Of a stretch of 64,000 nucleotides of DNA, positions 52,030 through 64,000 are shown piece by piece (within the stretch, counting starts at the first letter, position 1; each line of letters starts with the position of its first letter). The notes beneath the pieces are model-generated. The model did no database searches. It was not told the origin of the DNA and was given only the letters and a program-made list of their open reading frames with translations. The stretch lies in NCBI GenBank assembly GCA_964057225.1, contig OZ059896.1, positions 8,556,001 through 8,620,000 on the forward strand. The letters are read 5' to 3'. This stretch comes from Auanema rhodensis (taxonomy: Eukaryota; Animalia; Nematoda). Both the position numbers and the translations under genes were made by a program.

Positions 52030-52032
52030 AGA
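51918..52032. repeat. Long imperfect (GA)n microsatellite
   Basis: Direct dinucleotide run of about 115 bp. Confidence 0.9.
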
Positions 52033-53190
52033 GGAATATGATTATAAGCTTTACATATATACATAATACTTTTTTTTTAATTCATAAAAATAAAATAATT
52101 ATATATACTATATACTATATATAAATCTATGCATATATAAGTATAAATCAATTGATATTTAAATATAGAAAGCTTAATTAAAAAAGAACAATTGATGTGA
52201 TATTATGAGAAGACTGTAATGTTTCTAAATGAAGAGAAAAATAATACAAAGGGAATTGAACTTTCTAGTTCAAAGTAATATTCAGATTGAAAGAGAATTG
52301 AATCTCAGGAAAACAAAGTATTTTGATCAAAAAAAAAGAAAAAAAAAGAATAATGGAATAAGTTTTTTCTAAACAGTATTCATCTTAGTTTAGAACAATA
52401 GATAAAAAGAATATGAAGCTGACAAAAAAAAGCTTTTTTTGGAAGAAAAAAAGAGAAAATATAGTAAAAATTTGTGAATAAGGAATAAGTGCATACATGA
52501 ATTGTTCAGTAGCATCATAGAAATGTGTTATTTTACACACGAATTTAAAAAAAAAAAAGAAAATAAATGAGATTTTATGAGGAAAATAAAAAGAAGACTA
52601 ATAGTTGCATTTCAATAGTAATTATGTAATTTATGTAATTAAATATATGATATTTATATATTATATAATAATTAAATATTTAAATATACATATATGTTAT
52701 TGCAGAGATTTAAAAATATCTTTTTTTATAAAATCTGTATGATTTTCAATTGAAATAAAAAGAATAATACATACATTTAAATTTATTTTTTTACATCATG
52801 TGTAGAAAACGAAAAAAAAAAGAAATAAAAAACTTTTTTTTTGTGGATATAAGGAGGTAAGGAGAGAAAACTTAACGCAGAAGCTATTGAACTTCCTCAA
52901 TACTAAAACATCGTTATCCTTTCGTTTTCAATAAGGAAAAGTGCATGTACAGCGTTTAGATTTGTAAAAAAAAATAGTTTAAACAGAAAATAAATGAAAA
53001 TATATGTTCATTCATTAATGAAAATATGAAACTAATAAATATTTTAAATATTTGAATATATAATAATATAGTATTTGTGTTAATAGTTTTTTTTAAGAAT
53101 AACGAATGAAAATAGAATGTAAACGAAAGTCGTCGACCAAAATCATTTATGACAAATCTTAACATAAGCTCCCTCTCTTTTTTTTTCTCA

Positions 53191-53222
<32 letters not shown>

Positions 53223-54918
53223 GTCTTTCCCACTCCTTTTTTTCTCTCTCTTTCTTTTGAAGAATTCTTATTGTATCTTCATATGTCTCTATTTCTATCT
53301 CTTTTCTCTTTAGTTGTTTTCTTCCTTTTGAAATAAACAATGACTATACCAGATTATTTCTGATGAAGACGAAAAATTCACGAAATCGAAAAATTGCTTT
53401 TTTCAATTGAAAAAAAAATTTTTTTTCACAAAATCGGTATAAACTGAAAATTCTCGAGAGAACTGAATAATATAGTTATAATCATGTTTATATACATAAG
53501 AATATACATATGTATAGGTATACATACATACATAGGTATGTATATCTCAATTTCCTTTTTTTTTCTTTTCATTATCAATCAAACATATTCATTTAGATTT
53601 TCTCTTATATCTTTTAATGAATATATATTTATATATATCTTTATATCTTTTATATAAATATATGTATGTAAAATGAAAATTGTATTAATTAAAATTTTGA
53701 AAGAGAGGAGGGAGAGAGGGAGGGGGAATTGGGGGAGGTCTATATGAAAATCATTTTGACGTTATTCATTCAAAAATACTAAAGCTTGTTTATAAGAGAA
53801 AATAAAATATTTTTAATATAACAATATTTTAATTTTTAAAATTTTAAAATATAAATTATGTTAATTTTAAAATTTTAATTTAAATTTTAAAAAATTAAAT
53901 TGAAATAAAGGTGAAGAATTATTTCAAATGTATATAATATATGTATATGAGATAAAAAGCTGAACAAAAAATAAAAGTAACATGAGATAGAGAGTTTGGA
54001 AAGGAAGTAGAAAAGTATTATAAAAGAGAAAAAGAGATAGAAATATATATAAAGAGTTGAAGAGAAAGAGAGATAGAAAGAGAGAGAGAGAGTGAGAAAG
54101 AGTAAGAGAGAGAAACAGAAAGAGATAGGGTGGGAGAAAGGGGAGGAGGAAGATATATAATCCTTTATAGGAAGAACTTACATCCGATAAAACATGCAAA
54201 TTTCTGATGAAGAGAGCAAAAGCTGTTGAACGAAAATATACTTTTTGAGGATATTTAAACAAGAATCAAAGTTTGATGAAACACTAAAGCTGATTATAAG
54301 GAATATTCAAGTATTGGAAACCTAGACACATATGTACATTAGAAGAAAATCAAAGATGAATTCAAAAAGCAAAACAAATTTAAATCAAGATAAGACACAT
54401 GACCAAATATATATATATATAGATATACATACATACAGCATTATAATATATAAATAAGAAAAACATGTTATTTTCATATACACATATATGTATGTATATG
54501 AGAAATGTAAAAAAAAAGTTTAATTTTCAAGACATTCTGATTAATTTTACCTCATTACAGCATATTCTTTCTCTCTCTCTCTCTCTCTCTCTAGCTATTT
54601 CTCTCTCTCTCTACTCTCTGTATTTCTCTTTCACTTATTTTTTTCAATTCTTAGATTGATAATCATGTAAATTTATATTATTTCTATATAAATATAGTAA
54701 TATTATAATAGAAAAAGTAATACTATCAATAGTGTTGCAGACATAAATTGAAAAAAATATATAAATAATGAAAACAAATTTCTTTAAACATAATTTTGGA
54801 ATAAACTTCACTTTTTGGGGCATTTCTCGTCGTTTTTTTCTTCTGTGTCTTACTTAAATGCCCCTCCAAAATAGATGTATACTATATGTATAGAGAGAAC
54901 TCAGGGCAGCGTTTTTAC

Positions 54919-55013
54919 GCAGACCCATGGAGATAGAGGATGTCTTCTCGTCGTAGAGCCATTTCGTGACTTATTCTGCATCTGGAGCTGATGGAACTCC
55001 AGTGCCGGATCAT
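54919..55013 (-). CDS. Candidate alternative first coding exon C of the calmodulin-like gene
   Basis: TATTCAG|CG ATG, then MIRHWSSISSRCRISHEMALRREDILYLHGS + GC|GTAAAA. Phase-2 donor. Confidence 0.5.
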
Positions 55014-55260
55014 CGCTGAATACAGCTTTCGGTGTGGGCGTATAAGAATAAAGCAACAAAAGGAAAACTAGTGAACTAAAGCTAAGAGATAAAGAAAAAT
55101 TCGGCTTCGTCATCATAGTTTTCTTCTTCTTCTTTTTTTTTGAAGAAAAAGCCGATACGAGATATTCATGTGAAAGAAGAGGTAAGTGCTAATGAGAGTT
55201 AAATCGAAAGTTCAAGAAATAGAATACCAAATAAGAGATTGAACATATAATAAAAGAGAG

Positions 55261-55264
<4 letters not shown>

Positions 55265-55292
<28 letters not shown>
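55265..55292. repeat. (GA)n microsatellite
   Basis: Direct dinucleotide run. Confidence 0.9.
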
Positions 55293-55300
<8 letters not shown>

Positions 55301-58300
55301 ATAATAAAAAGGATAAATGAAAAGAGTAGGAGTTGGATAAATGATATGCAACATGTTGTCTATATTATGATGATGAGCTCTATTTAAAATATTATTTTTC
55401 TTATTAATTTCCTTATTTATATTTCAATTGTGATAATTTGACGTATTAACTATATATTTCTCATATTAATATCAGTTAATCAGCTTTATTTCCATTCTTA
55501 ACGCTTCGGTTTTCCTTCTTCTGCATCTCTCATTCTCTCTCCCCTTCACTCTCTCTCTCTGTTTATCTCTCTATCTCTCTCTCTAACTCTCTCTCTCTCT
55601 GTTTTTGTTCCTCTTCCATTTCATTTTACTCTCTTAATCACTCTACTCTTCTAATACTTCTTTCTTTCGTCATTTCTTTCTGCAACTTCTCAATCCATCG
55701 TTCCTCTATCCTACTGCTCTTGCTAGTAGTAGCAACACAACGTCAGTAGATGGAAAAGCCTCTCTGAGCAACAGCCGTTTCCATTCTAACATCGCTTTCT
55801 CTTTCATTTCTCTTCTTCTCTGTTTCTCCTTTACATTCCTTTAAACATCTCCCTCTCTCCCTCATTCTCTCATTCTCTTCAGAATCGCCGTTGCCTTTCA
55901 TGGTTTGCGAGAGCAGTATGACTAGTCAGAAGCTGAGAGAGAGAGAGAAAGCATTAAAGAGTGAGAGTAAAAGACAGAGTGGGAGCTAGATAGAAAACTG
56001 CTATGATGGCGCTAACGCTCAAGCTTTTGGCTGTTGTTGGTTTTGGTGCGCTCTACACAGTTGTTGTTCATCGATTCATACTTCCTTTATACGTAAAAAA
56101 TGAAAAGAAAGGTAGTGAGCTAGAAAATATGTTAAAAGAAATATTCATCAAATAAAAAAAATATCAAATTAAATGATAATTCGTTCGAATTTTAAAGAAA
56201 AAATTGAAAAAATAGACACATCTTCAAAAAAATCTTATGTTCCAGCATCTATTCTGAAGTATAAACATGGGAATATTTATCTCAGCTGGGTTTATGCGTT
56301 CAGTTTTTTTTCTCAAACTGCCTATATATTACATATAGCTTGTTTCTACTGAATAGTTCATTCAGAAAAAAAATTATCTAGAGAAATGACTGCAATTATA
56401 TATGAAAGTTAAAAGTGCTTTGAAACGACAGATTGGAAGAGAGTTAAACAAGAGAAAGAGACATAGAGAGAGAGAGAGAGAGATAGAGAGAGACATAGAG
56501 AGAGAAACATAGAGAGAGAGAGAAAGATTTCACAAAAATGAGGATAAAATAGCCAAAATTCAAAGAATAAAATGAGGAAACGCAGGAAATAGTTTTAGAA
56601 TTAAAAAATAAAAAGAAAAGTATACATATACATATACATAAATGCAATACAAGGGGTGGAAATGAGCAAAAGAGAAATAGTAAAAGAGGGAGGGAGAAAG
56701 ATAGATAGATAGAGAGAAAAAGAGAGAGAGAGAAAAGGGAGAGCATGAAGTTCATGATGCCGTAGATTAGTTTATAATATTATATTTGATAATTTATATC
56801 AGACACCTAACGCTTATATTAATATATATATATATGATAAATTATGTTATTATAATTATAAATTATAATATAAATATAAATTTATTGTTTATTTTTTGAA
56901 AAAAATATCTTTTTTAACAGAAAAAAAAGATTTGAATAAATTGGTATGAGTATTTGGATGAATAACTGGATGGTTGGCTGATGGTGGCTGTGAAAAGGAA
57001 ATGAGCCGGGCTTGTCCGCTAGAATAGTCACAAAGTTTCGAACAACTCATTCCACTCGAATTCAAACAAAATTTCATTTTGAAGAGTCTTATACGTAAAT
57101 GTATACGGTCTTTCCATTTCTCTCTATCTATCTATCTATCTTTTTTTGGTTAATTCAGATGTATGTAAAACAGAAAAAAATTATATAATTTCAAATATTT
57201 GAAACAATCTCATATTACATTTTAAAATCATTCAAATCAAACTTTCAAAAAGTTTATCAACTAGTTAATATGAAAAAGCAACTTTTTCTGACGTTTATGC
57301 CATATTTGCATATTCCTCAAGATTTTCAAGCGAATATGCACGTCGCAACCATTTCACGCATCTACAGGCGCATTGAATAGTTGTTCTTTCTTCTTCAATC
57401 TCCTTTCTCTCAATTCTTTTTCTTCAACACTCTCTTAACCACTCAAATTCTTTTTGTGTTTTCCACACATCTCTCTCTCTTTCTCTCTCTCTTCCTCTTC
57501 CTCTTTCTCTCTTTTTTTCTTTTCTCTCTGCTTCCCTCCTTTATTCCTTTACATTTTCTTCAATTATTTAAAATCTCTATTATGATCAGAAAGGATTCAT
57601 CAACTTCTGATTTTAATGTAAAACAAATTTGAAAAAGCGGATTAAAAATAAATTTTCAACACAATATAACTATTTTAATCATGTATTATAAATTCAAAAA
57701 ACTATAATTAAAACTCTGCAAGCTCATACATGGAAAAATCAAACGTTAAGTTTCTTTTTCATGTCTATATATAGTCTGCTCACATTTCAGCTTAAAGATT
57801 TAAGGATTTTCTACTTGTGATGATCTCAATTCTTACTAATGCCGATAAATTAGTTTCTCCATTTTGCACATCTATTAGGATGACTTCGTCCTGTTCAATT
57901 AAATCGTCATTTAAAAATCAAATACGATAGTAAAGCAAATCGAGAAAACGAGTATAAAAGAATAAAAATGGCTTTGAAGACCTTTATTGAATGAACGAGA
58001 CGACGGAAACGTCCGTATAAAGCTGGGTAATTGAGAGTTTCTGTGGTTCAAAGAACAATCATTAAAGCAATACATGGATACTCTTAACCATACAAAGAAT
58101 TACTAGAAAATATTATTATAAATCAATTATATGTTATAAAAATAATAATAATCATCAATACTTTTCAAAATCATTATATATTATTAATTATTATTTCAAT
58201 GTTGTGTTATATATTTTATGGGAAATGATCATGATTTTGAACCAATGTTATATATTCTATAAAATTATTTTAAAATATTTAAATTAAAAATATATTTAAA

Positions 58301-58325
58301 CTTACTATAGAAAATTTCTTTTTTT

Positions 58326-58762
58326 TTAATTACAAAAAGCATTTAACTGTCCAGCTTCTGATTTATTTACTGTTATCTCAAATGACTTCTGATGACGACG
58401 TCTCTCAAGCTTTTCCATGAATACAGCATGATAAGACTGAAAGCAAGATTAAAATTTTGAAAAAAAATTAGAAGAAAACCTTGGTACAATCATCATATCG
58501 CATGGTGTTTGAACGTTTTACTCTCTTTGTATTTTGACCCAATGAATATGACTTCTGAGACTGCAAGGATAAGAATACTATTAAGAAAATACAAAAATAA
58601 TTATAATTATTATAATTATATTATTATATAATTATATTAACTATATTAACTATATTAACTATATAAATATAATATTTAACATACTTTTATACGTGATGCT
58701 ACTCCAATATCATCTAAGGTACAAGGAGTAAATGAACGAACACGAGATGTTGATGATCCCAT
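58326..58762 (-). CDS. Small 89-aa basic protein with N-myristoylation motif, unknown family (3 exons)
   Basis: Exons 58685-58762, 58480-58560 and 58326-58436 are all phase 0 with GT-AG ends: MGSSTSRVRSFTPCTLDDIGVASRIK/SQKSYSLGQNTKRVKRSNTMRYDDCTK/SYHAVFMEKLERRRHQKSFEITVNKSEAGQLNAFCN*. A TTTATCAG acceptor lies about 24 nt upstream of the ATG. Confidence 0.72.
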
Positions 58763-59289
58763 AATGCTTTGTTGTTGTTATCAAACCTGATAAAATAATT
58801 TTATATGAATTTATATGAATTAAAATATAAAATAATATATAAAAATAATTATTTTATAATAATATTATTAAAAAATAATAAAATAGATCTGGGAATTTTT
58901 CTACTTTTTTTGAACGTATCATCGACTTGATAAAGGCGCCTTTTTTTATTTATTAGGATCTTAAATATGTGAACACAACAACACAAAAAAAATAAAGAAA
59001 TAAATGATTTAAACAGTTTTACAGTAATCTCTTGAAAATAAAATTTATTTGTTAAAGCAAAGAAATGACATTTCTTGTGGAAATTTGTTATTCTTATATG
59101 AAATCATCAATATTTTTTTTAATCACTGATTAGGTTGTATAACACGTAAAGTTTTATTAAACGTTAACAATAGAATCTTTTCTTCTCATTATGAATAATT
59201 GATGAATTGTTTTCTGCGTTTCTGTGCTATATCAATCTTTTATCTTATCGAATGGATGACCTAATGAAAAAAATTTAAGTTGTAGATGT

Positions 59290-59363
59290 GCCGCCATAGC
59301 TCAGTCGGTTAGAGCGTGGGTCTAATAAGCCCAAGGTCGCAGGTTCGACCCCTGCTGGCGGCA
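59290..59363 (+). tRNA. tRNA-Ile (anticodon AAT)
   Basis: Complete cloverleaf: acceptor GCCGCCA/TGGCGGC, D arm GCTC/GAGC, anticodon stem TGGGT/GCCCA with loop CTAATAA, T arm GCAGG-TTCGACC-CCTGC. Confidence 0.97.
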
Positions 59364-61084
59364 AAACATTTTACATTTTCCTGTTTATAATCAAATTATA
59401 ACTTTCTTTCTCTATAAAAGAATAACGTAAGCGTGTTAACATAAAATTATTTTATAAATTTTTCTTTGTAGAAATCAAAGAAAAAAAAGAAAAAGTTTTC
59501 TTGATTTTCGCTATTTGATACTTTTTACAATTTCTCAGAAAAAACCCAATAATCATAAATATGGTTACTGTAATAGGATTTCATCATTTCCGTTCCTGCA
59601 GATGTCAGTACATCTGGTAATATCTGGGAGTTTCCACAAATATTCTGCTACGAAACTGTTTTATTTATTTATATTTATCACATTGTATTATATCTTTATA
59701 TTTCTCCTAGTATTATAACAAAATTATGGATATAGAGAAAGAAGTAAGCCATAAAAGCAGGCTAAAAATTAATATATTTTGCAATCTTAAGCCTATTTTT
59801 ATCTAAATTAATTACTAATACAATCAGTCTTGATCTTCGCTCTATGAAATGTCGTAGTTTTATTTTATAAATTAACAATTCTTTCAATACATAATACCAC
59901 TCACTATTTAGAATTTTCATATTTCAAAAAATTGTCTATACTAACTTTATCATTTTATTAACCAACTGATAAACAATTCGCAAAGTAAGGCATTTTTTTT
60001 TTTTTGGATTCAATTTTTCCTGTTTATCATCATTTTTACAAACAAAAACTTTTTTATTCTCATTTTTAATAAATTCGAATATGACTACCAATGTCAACGA
60101 TTTATTGATAATAAGATTATTGTTTTCATAGACATATATTCTATATCAACCTTTATAATTGTTGTTTTTGTTTTTTTCACAATGTTTAGTCTCTTTCTCT
60201 CTATTCAATCACTTCAATTAAATTGTATTGAATCAAATTTACAGCTTATCTTTTAATCGAAGAAGAAATTAGTTCCCCAATATTATTGCTACAACGACAC
60301 AATGTGTTATACATAATTTTATTATATATATACATATATATTTAAATTTTTTGTGTATTCATTAGTTTATTTGATCAATTTCAACGTTGTGACGAAATGT
60401 TTAACGTCTTGTTTGCCACGAAACTTCTAACATTTCTCTCTCTTTGTTAGACAGTTTTTTCTCATCTTTTCTATGTGTTATTCAACTACTATCTTCTTTC
60501 AATTCAAACTACTGCCTCAACGGTACTACCTTCGTTTGAACTTTCAACCTATTCATTCGAACAATTCTCAATTTAAAATAGTCTTGGACCGACTATTTGT
60601 TTATTTTTTACTACCAAAGTAATATGTTATCAGCTTTCGGTTAATTAAAATATTTATATCTTTTGCACTTCTTCATTATAGTTTAATATTTTAAAATTTC
60701 GTTTTAGTGTTGACGTTTAGTGAATCTAAGATGAATCTAGGGTTTTCATTATATTGTATTGTCTCCATATATTTTATCATTTGCAGTAATTTTGCTCGTT
60801 CTCGCCTGATTTGCTGTTCTTTTCTTACTTATCTTAACTGTATTAGTTGTCGTTTCAAGTTCTGTTTATGGTTACTACATGTTCTAACATAAGCGATTAA
60901 ACGAAATTCTCTATTAATCTATAGCCCCGTGTGGTCTGGTTTGTCGTTTGATTATACAATAATGTTTGCAAAGCTAAGCCTATTGCTCGTTGATATTGTG
61001 TTCTATATGATTATATTGTAAAATATTCTTCATTATCTGTTTTTTCAGCTATTTTCTTTGTTTTTTTTTCAGGTGTTATCAAAC

Positions 61085-63168
61085 ATGGCTGAACCGGCTG
61101 AGATTGAACCATTAAATGTGCAAGTTTGTCTTTTATAAATTTATTTATGTATCGACTCTAATTTCCAGAAGCCTGCACCAGCTCAGTTGGAGATTGAAGA
61201 AAGTGGGAATGAAGAGGGCAAAGGTTTAGCTAAGAATCTTAACCTGTTCAATGGTGTCTCAATCATTGTTGGCTGTATTATTGGTTCCGGAATTTTTGTT
61301 TCTCCAACTGGAGTTCAAGAAAGTAGCGTCTATTCTCAATTGTTAAATTAATTTCCAATTTTAGTGGCTGGATCTGTTGGAATGTCATTGATTGTTTGGA
61401 CTACATCTGGCTTATTTACTGCCATAGGAGCTTATTGTTATGCTGAATTGGGTATCAAATACTAAGTACTCATAATTATTCTAGTTTTACAAGTTTAGGT
61501 ACTTTGATTAAGAAATCTGGTGGTGATTATGCGTATATCATGGAAGCTTTTGGGCCCTTCTTAGCCTTTGTTCGCTTATGGATTGAAGCCATTGTTGTTA
61601 GGTAACACTATTATACGAATTTGTATTTATTTTTTTGCTTCTATTATAGACCATGTACTGTAACTATAGTGTCTTTAACGTTTGCTCTCTATATTCTACG
61701 TCCATTTTACCCAGATTGTGATCCTCCTGAGGGACTTCCTCAGTTATTGGCAGTTCTTCTCATAAGTAAGTTATTGAATTGTGTTGATAATTTAAATGAA
61801 ACATTAAAGTTCTCATGACTGCCATCAACTGCATCAGTGTTCGGGCTGCAACGTTTGTTCAAGATTTTTTCACTGTTGCTAAAGTTTTTGCACTTCTTCT
61901 TATCATAGGAGCTGGCTTGTTCCTTCTTGGAACAGGTATAACATTTAATTTGTAAATTTAAAATACTTGTAATTTGTAGGAGCACCACAGTATCGGGAAT
62001 CATTCGAAAATATATTTGAAGGAACAGCTAAAGATCCTACTCAAATTTCTTTAGCTTTCTATTCGGGTCTTTTCGCTTATTCTGGATGGAACTTCTTGAA
62101 CTTTATTGTGGAAGAAATGAAAAACCCCAAAAGGCAAGCCCTGTCTTAATGATACAACTCAACTCATACTTACAGAGACCTTCCCTATGCTATTGCTATA
62201 TCAATCTCAACTTGCACTTTAATTTACGTGCTAACCAATGTTGCTTTATATGCAGCAATTTCTCCAGATGAGATGCTTGAGAGTCCAGCAGTTGCTGTGG
62301 TTTGTACACGACTAACAAAGGCTTTAGAAAATATATTTCAGCTTTTCGCTAACAAGTTGTTCGGACCGTTTGCCTTCTTGATGCCACTGTTTGTTGCATG
62401 TTCTACTATTGGATCAGCTAATGGTGTTATCTTCACATCTTCTAGGTATGTTATAGTTTTAAATTTTTAATTTCAAAGTCATTTTACTTAAGATTGTTTT
62501 ATGTTGGTGCCAGAGAAGGCCAAATGCCCATGGTTCTTACAATGATTAATAAGAAAACCAGAACTCCAATTCCAGCTGTTCTTCTTACTGTAAGCCATTT
62601 TGTTTTTAAATTCTAATAGTACTTTATGAATCTCAGGGTCTTCTATCTATGTGTTATTTGGTTCTTTCTAAGAATATCTATGCTCTTATCAATTATATTC
62701 AAATTTCTTATTGGTTAGCTATTGGTGCTGCTATCGTTGCTCTATTTTATCTGAGAAAGAAGATGCCTGATGCTCCCAGACCAATTAAGGTATTTATTAA
62801 AAAAAATCATCTTCATCTTATTATTTCTTATAGGTTCCTCTTATTTGGCCGATTATTTTCTTAGCAGGATGTATTGCTTTAGTCATTATCCCTATCGTTG
62901 CTGCTCCTAAGGATACCGGTAGCAAAATTCTTTTAGACTAAACCAAATTATAACTATTATAGCTGTTGGAATTCTTATAATGTTATCAGCTGTTCCAGTT
63001 TATCTTATCTTCATTTCTTGGAAAAACAAACCAGCATTCATTGACAAGTTGACAAGTAATCTTTATGATCTAATTTTTAAAGAAAAAAAAACATTTAATG
63101 TTATAGCTTCGTTCACTATTTTCATCCAGAAGATGTTCTTAGTAGTTGATGATTCTAAAGAAGATTAA
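61085..63168 (+). CDS. L-type amino acid transporter light chain (SLC7 LAT / aat family)
   Basis: [78 protein letters not shown] and [14 protein letters not shown]. The conserved extracellular Cys (PFYPDCDPP) for the heavy-chain disulfide is present. Ends VDDSKED*. Confidence 0.95.
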
Positions 63169-64000
63169 GAAAACGTAAGTTCTTCTGAGTAATCAGCTCT
63201 AGTTGATGATTTTATTGAAAATCTGTCGCGGTCGAATCTTGTTATGTTCTACTTTTGTTTGATTTTTTTCATTTACTGTTTTTGCTCTAAGTGATGTTCG
63301 AAGGGTTTTGCATTTTGTGCTTTTCGTATTTCTTTCTTTTTTTTTCGTAACAAATAAAGAGGTTTGTTTGAATGAGCATAAGTTTATAATAATTTAAGGA
63401 TGCAATATCACTGCAAAAATGAAACTCAAATAAATTTCACAATTATTTAAAAACGGTATGTTGAAAACCCGAAGATATTCTACTGAGTTGTCAAAGAAAA
63501 AGGATATTGTTCAATTGATCGCATTTGAATGAAATTAACTGATAAGTAACAAGAAAAAAAAATTAAAAATATTTGAGAAAATCACAAACAAGAACTAAAA
63601 TTGTCAATAAATCACAGTGATTGATATTTGAAAATATCTGTACAAAAACGTTACAATGAAACAACTTAAGGACTTGGTTTCTATTTAATTTTTTCAAAAA
63701 CGGTGGTAGCATCTAAGAAACAAGGTATAGGTTTTATGAAAGCTTTTATACTATACTTTGTAAAACTAATAATAAATATAGTAGAAATATATTTTTTCTT
63801 CTTTCATAACTGATATATAGTTGGTAGAAATTGCAAAATCAAAGAATCTAATCTCAAATTTGAAAATTCTATCGGTAAGTTGAACTGTGCCTAGAGTAGC
63901 ATACCCGATGAAATCTACTTATACTAAAGAGATCAGGATGGAATTTGTTGAGGGAAAAGGCAAAAAAAAGGAAAAAAATCTACAGTAGATAGGTCCTCCT

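Overview
AT-rich eukaryotic DNA that looks like a nematode: many ~40-60 nt introns with TTTCAG/TTTTAG acceptors, trans-splice-like acceptors just ahead of ATGs, and a CRAC-type nematode nuclear receptor. I reconstructed 13 spliced protein-coding genes by hand. In order: sphingomyelin synthase (+), LanC-like protein (+), Snail-family zinc finger (-), small secreted/ER protein (-), divergent class A GPCR (-), Na+/H+ exchanger (-), LARP7-like La/RRM protein (+), SLC23 transporter (-), nuclear hormone receptor (+), second SLC23 (-), cal-4-like calmodulin spanning about 16 kb with several candidate alternative first exons (-), an 89-aa putatively myristoylated protein missed by the ORF track (-), and a LAT-type SLC7 amino-acid transporter (+). 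There is one tRNA-Ile(AAT). The most striking non-coding structure is at 46.6-47.7 kb: three near-identical box C/D snoRNA copies (probable SNORD33/snR55-type 18S guide). Each sits directly behind a degenerate tRNA-like leader and ends in a T5 run, two different leader types are used, and the cluster lies antisense inside the calmodulin-like gene's intron. All family calls come from motif recognition and recall, not database searches.
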